A stretch of DNA of 64,000 bases from an uncultured Gemmatimonadaceae bacterium (GTDB lineage Bacteria > Gemmatimonadota > Gemmatimonadetes > Gemmatimonadales > Gemmatimonadaceae). The position numbers and the translations under genes were made by a program. Location: the NCBI GenBank assembly GCA_963705025.1, contig CAVPIP010000002.1, forward strand, positions 237,697 to 301,696. Direction: 5' to 3'. Below the pieces are notes generated by a model that worked only from the letters and a program-made list of their open reading frames with translations, ran no database searches and was not told the DNA's origin. Shown here piece by piece: positions 56,371 through 64,000 of the stretch (positions are counted from its first letter, which is position 1; each line of letters begins with the position of its first letter).

Positions 56371-56732
56371 GCGTGGTCGCACTAAGCCCGCATGTGGCTC
56401 AGTGACTGACCTGCCGCACCTTTTGGCTCGGCCAAGGGCGTCGACGAGGCCAAGCCGTCAGCACGCCGCCTCACAGTGAATTTGCTGCCTCGCGCGACTT
56501 AATACGACATCCACAGTGTCGCATAACACACGCGAGAGACGAGCGGTCGAGGGGCGAAGTCTAAGTTAATAGCTGACTTGCTAGCGTTCATAAATGAGAG
56601 TGCGCATATTAAGACGGGCGCGGCGACGTCGTTGTTGCGCGCCGTTTTCCACATAGCGACGTCGCCCAATTGGCGGTAGACGCCAACCGAGCCCCCAGAT
56701 ACCCATGGCCTGCGGATCGGGTTTAGCGCCGG

Positions 56733-57299
56733 TCACGGCGCCCGACCGCTAGATCGCGGAACGAATCGCCCGGAGCGCCAGCTCATGAAGAGGTCGACAA
56801 TTTTCTTCGCCGTGGACTCAAAGTGAGCGCGATCGGCCCAAGGGCGATCGGCTTCGGTCGGCTGATAGATGTAGCCTTCATAACGGCCGTCGGACCGCGG
56901 AGTCGGATCGGTTACAGTGATTTGCAGCGGTTCGGCCGCGGTGAAGTACACTGTTGTGTTTAGTTCCATGTGCATCAAGAGCGCGCCGACACGAGCGGCT
57001 AAACGAGGTCCGACCTCGGGTTGAAGCCCATGGGCCGCCCTTTCCAACTCGAAGGCGATCTCTGGTCGCGCCACGATGGCGGCTGACATGACGCGTGCAG
57101 GTGCGGGCATGGTACGATCACCTGATAGCCATCGCTGCACCGTGCGCTCATCGACACCGAATACCCGGTTCGCCATACCTCGATTGGTGGCAGTGCGTCC
57201 ATCTCGCCGGTCAACCATGCCGACACTCGCCGCCGACTCGATCGCCCGCTCGAGGAGCTGGCTATCCGTCATCTCACTAACCACGTTGGTTATTGGCAT
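56733..57299 (-). CDS. hypothetical protein with N-terminal helix-turn-helix, in a lower-GC islet
   Basis: 188 aa. HTH-like NRVFGVDERTVQRWLSG. The C-terminal ~110 aa are unrecognised. Local GC is visibly below the window average. Confidence 0.55.
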   Translation of the reverse strand: MPITNVVSEMTDSQLLERAIESAASVGMVDRRDGRTATNRGMANRVFGVDERTVQRWLSGDRTMPAPARVMSAAIVARPEIAFELERAAHGLQPEVGPRLAARVGALLMHMELNTTVYFTAAEPLQITVTDPTPRSDGRYEGYIYQPTEADRPWADRAHFESTAKKIVDLFMSWRSGRFVPRSSGRAP

Positions 57300-57343
57300 A
57301 TTCCTGTTGAGTGGTCTCCTCGGATCGGCAAGGACAGAAGTAG

Positions 57344-57364
57344 TATACGGCCATTGGCCGTATA
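57344..57364. promoter_or_regulatory. perfect 21-bp palindrome (10-1-10), candidate operator upstream of the HTH gene
   Basis: TATACGGCCA-T-TGGCCGTATA lies 45-65 bp upstream of ATG 57299. Confidence 0.5.
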
Positions 57365-57714
57365 GTCAAGATGGCAGAATCACGTCGCGTCTCATCGCCG
57401 CGGATGCCATCGTAGTCGCAACCGACCGTGTGGGGCGAGGTTTATCGGCCACTGGCGTCAAAACGAACGTTGCAGCTGAGAAAGGCTCTTGCACCAGTTC
57501 GTAAACACCTTCACGAAACCATGGAGGTGTCATGCCACGATCGGGCCCAGGCAAGGTCCACGAGTGCATGGCGAATGGGAAGTGTCAAGAGCACAGCGCC
57601 GCCGCCCGCACCGATCCCGAGCCGGATAGCGATCTCGCGCCGGCCATCGGCGGCGCCGCGACTCCTCTGACGCGCGCATTCGTGCTACATTAGCCGCCTC
57701 TCCTCCCCGACTTC

Positions 57715-60394
57715 GTGCCGAACGACGACGTTCTCACGCGACTGACGTCCGCCCTTCACGGGCGCTACCACATCGATTGCGAGCTTGGCGCCGGCGGCAT
57801 GGCGGCCGTCTTCCGCGCCCACGACGTCCGTCACGATCGCGACGTCGCCATTAAGGTCCTCCACCCCGACCTCGGCGCCGCGCTTGGCGGCGACCGATTC
57901 CTGAGCGAGATCCGGACGACGGCGCGGCTCCAACATCCGCACATTCTGCCGCTGCTCGACTCGGGCACCGCCGACGGACTGCTGTACTACGTCATGCCGC
58001 TCGTCACCGGAGAGACGCTGCGCGCGCGGCTCGAGCGCGAGAAGCAGCTGCCGGCGGACGACGCGCTTCGCATCGCGGGCGAGGTCGCCGACGCGCTCGC
58101 GTATGCGCACGAGCTGGGCGTGATTCACCGCGACATCAAGCCCGAGAACATTCTGCTGCAGGGCGGGCATGCGACGGTCGCCGACTTCGGCATCGCGCTC
58201 GCCGTGCAGCAGGCGGGCGGACATCGCATGACCCAAACGGGCCTCAGCCTCGGCACGCCGCAATACATGAGTCCCGAGCAGGCGATGGGCGAGCGCACCG
58301 TCGATGCGCGCAGCGATCTCTACTCGCTTGCGGCCGTGCTGTACGAGATGCTCGTCGGCGAGGCGCCATTCACCGGACCGACCGTGCAGTCGATCCTCGC
58401 GCGCGTGATGACGGAAGAGCCGCGACCGATCGTCGCGCAGCGCAAATCGATTCCCGATCACGTCGAGTACGCGGTGATGCGCGGACTCGAAAAGCTGCCC
58501 GCGGACCGTTGGAGCTCGGCGCGTGAATTCGCGGCGGCGCTGCAGGGCGGGGCGTCGGCGTCCAACGCAAGCATGGCGACGTCGCGGCACCGAAGCGATT
58601 CGCGCGCGCGCCCCTCTCTGAAGAAGCAACTGAGCCAACCTATAGTCCTCGCGTTCGCGAGCATCGCGCTGGCGAGCATCGCGTTCGCCGCGTGGTCGCG
58701 CTCGAGCGCCGGCGCACCGCGCGAGCGCGGCGACGTCGTGCGATTCGCGATTCCGGCGCTCGCCGGTGAGCGCGCCAACCCACTCGGCTACTCGACGCTC
58801 GCGATCTCGCCCGATGGTCGAACGCTCGTCTTTGTGGGACTGGGCGACGACAAGCGGCCGCAGTTGATGCTTCGCGCGCTCGACGACATCGCCCCGCGCG
58901 GGCTGCCGGAGACATCAGATGCGAGCAACCCGATCTTCTCGCCCGATGGCAAGTGGATCGCGTTCGTCCGCGGCAATCAGATCTTCAAGATGGGGCTCGA
59001 CGGCAGCCGCCCGCAGCAGCTCGCGACCGCGCCGTCGATCTTCGGCGGCATGAGCTGGTCGTCGACGGGCGTCATCGTCATCTCAGGCAACGTTGCGCTC
59101 TATACCCTCCCCGAAAATGGAGGGCCGCTTCGCGAGCTCGCGAAACCAAACCGGAGTGCGGGAGAGCTCTACTTCATCGCACCAGTCGTCGTCGACGCCG
59201 AGGGGTTGGTGCTCTTCGGGAGCCAGCCGAGCAGCTCCGCGGCAGGTGCCAAGCTCGCCGTGGCTTCCTTGAAGACGGGCGAGCACGTGGCGCTCGGCAT
59301 CCCCGGTGATCAGCCGCTCGGCGTATTTGGCAATGTCCTCACGTACGTGACGTCCGCGGGCGTGATCATGGGCGTGCCATTCGACGCGCGAGCGAAGAAA
59401 GTCACTGGAGCACCCGTGCAACTGGTGAGTGACATCGCGATCAACAACACGAGCGGTCTCGCGCGCGCGTCGCTCGCCGCGAACGGCACGCTCTTCTATC
59501 AGAGCGGCACGCAGACGTCGCAGGTCGTGACGGTGAGCGCGAACGGCACCTCGAGCCCATTGCTCGCCGAGGCTCGCGAGTATGCGTTCCCGCGTCTGTC
59601 GCCGGATGGCCGGCGGTTGGCGATCGCCGTCGGTTCGGCGGGTCGGCGCGACGTGTGGCTGTTCGATCTGAGCTCGCAGACGATGACGCGGTTGACGAGC
59701 GAAGCGGTGTCCAACGACCGGCCCGAGTGGAGCCCGGACGGCAAACGCGTCCTGTATCGCTCGGAGCGCGGCGTTCGCACGGGGATCTGGTCGCGCCCCG
59801 CCGATCTGAGCGGCGACGCCGTGCCGCTCGTCGCCATTCCGAACGCCGACGTGTTCGAGGCCGTGATGTCGCCCGACATGCGGAGCATCGTGTACCAGCT
59901 CGACACCTCGGGAGCGGACGTCTACTATCGCGCGCTCGCGGGCGACACGACGCCGCACGTCGTGTCCAACAGCCAGCAGGGGATCGAGACCATGCCGCGT
60001 CTCTCTCCCGACGGGCGGTGGGTGGCGTTCACGACGGACGAATCGGGACGCGTGGAAGTCGTGGTGCAGCCGTTCCCGGGTCCGGGCGGACGCGTGCAGG
60101 TGTCGTCCGGGAGGCGGCTCCGAGCCGGTGTGGTCGCGTGACGGCAAGCGGCTGTTCTATCGCGGCGACGGCCGCTTGATGGCGGCGCGGATCGCGCCTG
60201 GATTGGGGTTCGCGGTCGCTGCTCGGGATACGCTCTTCGCTGATTCGTTCCAGTTCGCGCCCAATCCGCACGCCAACTACGACGTTGCCGGCGATGGAAC
60301 GCATTTCGTGTTCTTGAAAGCGGCGAGCGATGGGAACATGATCGTCGTCACGAATTGGAAGGAGACGGTGCAGTCGAGAATGGTCACCCGCTGA
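57715..60394 (+). CDS. Ser/Thr protein kinase with TM segment and TolB/PD40-type beta-propeller sensor region (one frameshift)
   Basis: Kinase motifs GAGGMAAVF, AIKVL, HRDIKPENIL, DFG and TPQYMSPEQ. Repeated SPDG(K/R)(W/R)(I/L)AF blades follow. ...RVQVSSG continues as GGSEPVWSRDGKRLFYRGDG... (ORF 60128..60394) if one G of GGG 60109-60111 is removed. Confidence 0.85.
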
Positions 60395-60553
60395 TGTGAC
60401 GACTCGGTACCTGAAAGCCGCTGATGTAGTCGTCTACTCCGTGTAACAGTCTGTGCCACTGGCGCGGCCGATGACGGCGATGCAAATTCCCTAATAACCG
60501 CGGCCACCCAACCGGGCCCGCCATGAGAGTTCTCGGGGCCGCATTGAGGTTGG

Positions 60554-60839
60554 ATGATATCAGCCACCCTTCGACGAATTCTGGCGCTGCTCCTGCTTGC
60601 CATGACCGCAGCGCCGGTCGCCGCTCAGCTGACGGTGAACGGACCCACCTCGTTCACCTTCTTCAAGGGGTCGTCGGCAATATCGCAGCCGAGCGTCTCG
60701 TTTCTGATCCTCGGCAACACCGGAACCGTTCCGCTGACGGGCGTTGGCGTCAGCACGACGCGTCGTTCAAGCCGCGGCACGCGGGACGTACGCGCTGCAG
60801 AGCTTATCCGGCTTCAAAATCAGCGTGACGCCGCGCTAG
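60554..60839 (+). pseudogene. small secreted protein remnant (frame-disrupted)
   Basis: Signal peptide MISATLRRILALLLLAMTAAPVAAQ, then LTVNGPTSFTFFKGSSAISQPSVSFLILGNTGTVPLTG. A plausible end, GTYALQSLSGFKISVTPR-stop (TAG 60837-60839), lies in another frame. Confidence 0.3.
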
Positions 60840-60990
60840 CCTGCCTCTGAAACGTGACCGGCAGCACAATTGTCGAGCCGAGTGCTGCATCATTCTGTTT
60901 CTTCGTGTGCCCAATTTCGATCTGTTGCCGTCCTATGAGCGGGACCGGCGACGCCGCGCGTAGCGCCCTGGTTGAAAGCGTCACGAAGGA

Positions 60991-63867
60991 ATGCGCACGA
61001 TGCCGATGTCTGGTGGGACGGCCGCACTCACGTGCGTGCTCATCACGTCCGCCGCCGTGCCAACGCTCCGGGGCCAGCGTCCGGGTCCGGCGGTTGGAGA
61101 GCTCGATCACGCGGCGTGGACGATTCGAGATGGAGCGCCCTCCGGTGTGACTGCGCTCGCGCAGTCGGCCGACGGCATGCTGTGGATCGGCACCACGACA
61201 GGCCTCTACCAGTTCGACGCCGTCCACTTCGAGCATTTCGAGCCACGGGCTGCGCAGCCGTTGCCGTCGCGCTCGATCAGTGCGTTGCTCGCGCTGCCGG
61301 ACAGCACGCTCTGGATCGGCTACTTGTTGGGCGGTGCGAGCGCTCTGACACATGGGCGAGTCGTGAGCTTCAGTCAGCGCGACGGCCTGCCCGACGGCGC
61401 AGTCACCGCATTCGCCCGTGATTCCGCGGGCGACATCTGGCTGGCCACGTCCCGAGGCCTCGCTCGACTGCACGGTCTGCAGTGGCACCGAATGGGTGCG
61501 GAGAGTGGATATCCAGGCGGGATGACGCGCCATCTCCTCGTCGATCGCCGCGGAACGCTCTGGGCTCAGACGAACGCCGGCATCGTGATCCTGCCGCGCG
61601 GCGCAAGCCGGTTCATTCATCCGGGACCTCCACTCGATCGGGCGAGTATCGGCGGCGGCATCCCGCGCGAGGCATCCGACGGTTCAGTGTGGGGCGCGTC
61701 GCCGAGTTTCGGCCTGACGCGACTTTCCGATTCCACCGGGCGTTGGGCGACACCGCAACCAGCGGCCGAGCGCGTGCGCGACGCGTTCTTGCTCGAGATG
61801 GACCGTCATGCGAACGCCTGGATGGCTGGTCCGGACGGTCTCGTGCGCATTGCGCTCGCCACGTCCCGCGCTGTTGAGCGAACGAGTCACGCGACACCAA
61901 AATTGCTCTCCCTCGAGCGAGTTCCGCTGAACGACGTCCCGTACCCGGCCGCGGTGCTCACAGACCGTGAGGGGAACGTGTGGGTCGGAACGGAGCGCGG
62001 GATCGAACGGTTCCGCGAGACGAAGCTCACGCCGCTGGTGCTCGCGCAGCCAGTCGCCGGGCTGTCGCTCGCGCCGGCCTCCGACAGTTCAGTCTGGCTG
62101 GCAGGCGCTTCCAATCCGCCGCTGATCGTTGGCGATCATGTGGTCTCACACGCCGGTCCCGCCAACATCACGTGTACGTATCGCGACCTGCGCGGAGGCG
62201 TGTGGTTCGGCGGTCCATCCGGGTTGCGGTACGTCCCGCCGGGCGATACCCCGTCAGTCGCACGACTCACGCGCGTGCCGTTGCCCAGCGAAGCTGGAAC
62301 CGGCGACGTCCAGTCGATTGCGCAAACTCTAAAAGGCGACTTGTGGGTCTCGATCCGCGGCGAGCGAATGCAGGGCGTGTTTCGGCGACGACGCGGCACG
62401 TGGTCACGTGTGCCGTTGCAACCGGACTTCTCGGACCAGGCCGCGCTCACCGTCGTGGCCGACAGCGCGAGCCGGGTTTGGCTGGGGTATGGCGGAGATC
62501 GCGTGGTCCTGGCCGTCGGCGACTCGATGAGGGTCTACTCCGCTGCCGATGGGCTCCATGTCGGCGACGTGACCGCGCTCGTCATCCGCGGCGCTCACGT
62601 GTGGATCGGCGGGCAGTCAGGCCTGACGATGCTCGACGGCGATCGGTTCCGATCCGTTCGCGCCACAGAGTCGCTCCTCGGCATCACGGGGATCGTCGAG
62701 ACCGCCGACGGCGACCTCTGGGTGAGCGGCGCCGGCGGTGTCACGCATATCGATGGCCCGGAGGTGAGTCGGGCGCTGGACAACCCCGCGTATCGCGCGC
62801 GTTCGGTGCGTTTGGACTATCGAGATGGGTTGAGCGGCCGAGCGCGGCAACTCCCACCGTTTCCCACCGCCATCGAGGGCACCGATGGACGTCTCTGGTT
62901 TTTGACGGAGACAGGCGCCGCGTGGGTCTATCCGACGAGCATCCAGCGGAACACGCTCCCTCCGCCCGTCCAGATTCGTGCGGTGAGGGCCGACGGCAAG
63001 CGATATGACGTCGAGAGTCACGTGACGCTCCCCGTGCGCACAAACCAACTCGAGATCGCGTACACGGCGCTGAGTCTCTCGATCCCGGATCGCGTCCAGT
63101 TCCGCTATCGGCTCGACGGCGTGGACACCGCGTGGGTGGCGGCCGGGGCGCGACGCGAGGCATCCTACACGAACCTCGAGCCAGGGCCGTATCGGTTCCA
63201 GGTGATCGCCGCCAACGAGGACGGGGTTTGGAACGACACCGGCGCCGTCGTGGAGCTCGAGATTCCGCCGGCGTTCGTGCAAACGAAGGCATTCGTCGCG
63301 CTGATGGCGATCACCGCGGTGAGTGTCGCGTGTCTTGTCGTCCTCGGTCGACGGCGCCGCATGACGCACGTGCGTCGCGCGCGGGATGCGGGCGACGTGC
63401 GCACGTCGTCGTTGGACGAGCTGTCGCCGCTTCACGCACAGCTTGCCCACGCGGCGCAGCAGACGTTCGCCATGTCTGGAATCGCCGCAACGGTCGAGCA
63501 CGAGGGAATCCCGCGTTCGTACCCGCCGACGGTTGGGGCGCAGATTCTTGGCATCGCCGCCGAGGCGATGGCGAACGTGCGCAAACACGCCGCTTGCCGT
63601 ACCGTGACGATCGACTGCAATTACACGGGCCGAGCGCTGCACGTGCGCGTGCGGGATGACGGCCGGGGATTCGATGCGAACCAACCGGCGGCGGGCCACC
63701 TGGGACTCGCGGGGATGCGCGAACGAGCGGCGTCGATCGGCGCCCAGCTCTCCGTCACGAGCAACCGTGGAGGCGGGACGGAGGTTCTTCTCACGGTCCC
63801 GGGCGGACCGGGTCGATGGACTTGGTGGGAGGGGACCAGCCCCGTTCTGCCGAAGCAGGCCTTCTGA
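60991..63867 (+). CDS. sensor histidine kinase with periplasmic two-component-regulator propeller repeats, Y_Y_Y-like domain, one TM and HATPase domain (NarL/LuxR-class type)
   Basis: Repeated LWIGT/VWVGT/LWVS propeller motifs. FRYRLDGVDTAWV...YTNLEPGPYRFQV (Y_Y_Y type). TM segment FVALMAITAVSVACLVVLG. HATPase motifs EAMANVRKHA, DDGRGFD and GHLGLAGMRERA. The dimerisation/His region looks unusually short. Confidence 0.8.
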   Translation: MRTMPMSGGTAALTCVLITSAAVPTLRGQRPGPAVGELDHAAWTIRDGAPSGVTALAQSADGMLWIGTTTGLYQFDAVHFEHFEPRAAQPLPSRSISALLALPDSTLWIGYLLGGASALTHGRVVSFSQRDGLPDGAVTAFARDSAGDIWLATSRGLARLHGLQWHRMGAESGYPGGMTRHLLVDRRGTLWAQTNAGIVILPRGASRFIHPGPPLDRASIGGGIPREASDGSVWGASPSFGLTRLSDSTGRWATPQPAAERVRDAFLLEMDRHANAWMAGPDGLVRIALATSRAVERTSHATPKLLSLERVPLNDVPYPAAVLTDREGNVWVGTERGIERFRETKLTPLVLAQPVAGLSLAPASDSSVWLAGASNPPLIVGDHVVSHAGPANITCTYRDLRGGVWFGGPSGLRYVPPGDTPSVARLTRVPLPSEAGTGDVQSIAQTLKGDLWVSIRGERMQGVFRRRRGTWSRVPLQPDFSDQAALTVVADSASRVWLGYGGDRVVLAVGDSMRVYSAADGLHVGDVTALVIRGAHVWIGGQSGLTMLDGDRFRSVRATESLLGITGIVETADGDLWVSGAGGVTHIDGPEVSRALDNPAYRARSVRLDYRDGLSGRARQLPPFPTAIEGTDGRLWFLTETGAAWVYPTSIQRNTLPPPVQIRAVRADGKRYDVESHVTLPVRTNQLEIAYTALSLSIPDRVQFRYRLDGVDTAWVAAGARREASYTNLEPGPYRFQVIAANEDGVWNDTGAVVELEIPPAFVQTKAFVALMAITAVSVACLVVLGRRRRMTHVRRARDAGDVRTSSLDELSPLHAQLAHAAQQTFAMSGIAATVEHEGIPRSYPPTVGAQILGIAAEAMANVRKHAACRTVTIDCNYTGRALHVRVRDDGRGFDANQPAAGHLGLAGMRERAASIGAQLSVTSNRGGGTEVLLTVPGGPGRWTWWEGTSPVLPKQAF

Positions 63868-64000
63868 ACCGTGGGGTGATCAACGCGGAGGAATGACGAC
63901 ACCCACGTGCTCGCCACGTTTCAAGTCGATCAGGTGCCCGACGTCACGAAAGCGGGCAGCTACACCGCGACCGTCGTCCAAGCCGCCGCGCGCGGGACGT

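Noticed and set aside
63880-64000. A partial minus-strand gene end (…VGHLIDLKRGEHVGVVIPPR-stop) at the right edge, and alternatively a plus-strand ATG at ~63895 behind GGAGGA
   Set aside because: Only ~40 codons are visible and neither reading has a recognisable motif. There is too little evidence to report either as a feature.

Overview
This is a high-GC (roughly 68-70 % by eye) bacterial chromosomal segment. Its gene content suggests Gemmatimonadota or Acidobacteriota, which is inference only: three Hanks-type Ser/Thr kinases with TPR or PD40 sensor modules, two orphan duplicated MacB/FtsX-type ADOP permeases, a sigma-54 two-component operon and many secreted hydrolases. About 45 protein genes or gene remnants are supportable. 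I found no rRNA, tRNA, CRISPR array, transposase or integrase. Main observations: (1) At the left edge, a colinear TPR-CHAT / unknown / S8-subtilase operon has its reading frames broken at least 17 times in 4.3 kb, while neighbouring 2-3 kb genes have 0-1 breaks. (2) A 17-nt tandem-repeat family (GGACAGCCGAACGGCGC and its complement, about 40 units at three loci) begins at or next to stop codons. It often occurs as inverted array pairs that could fold into very long hairpins. It is not CRISPR-like and not coding. (3) A ~95 % identical 0.8/1.2 kb segmental duplication (SYLF lipoprotein gene plus cyclophilin relic) brackets a 3 kb segment. That segment encodes a lipoprotein with an internally duplicated unknown domain around a Big_2 domain. 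One duplicate copy carries a 387-bp microhomology deletion. (4) A 4Fe-4S ferredoxin fused to an NrfD membrane subunit sits next to a molybdopterin oxidoreductase that lacks a Tat signal. (5) A sigma-54-type -24/-12 promoter plus paired palindromic sites lies between the sigma-54 activator gene and a TPR lipoprotein gene. (6) A lower-GC islet holds an HTH gene behind a perfect 21-bp palindrome. (7) Several otherwise conserved genes carry single-base frameshifts, mostly in G/C runs. These may be consensus errors or real lesions. All calls rest on reading the translations and sequence by eye; no database search was possible.
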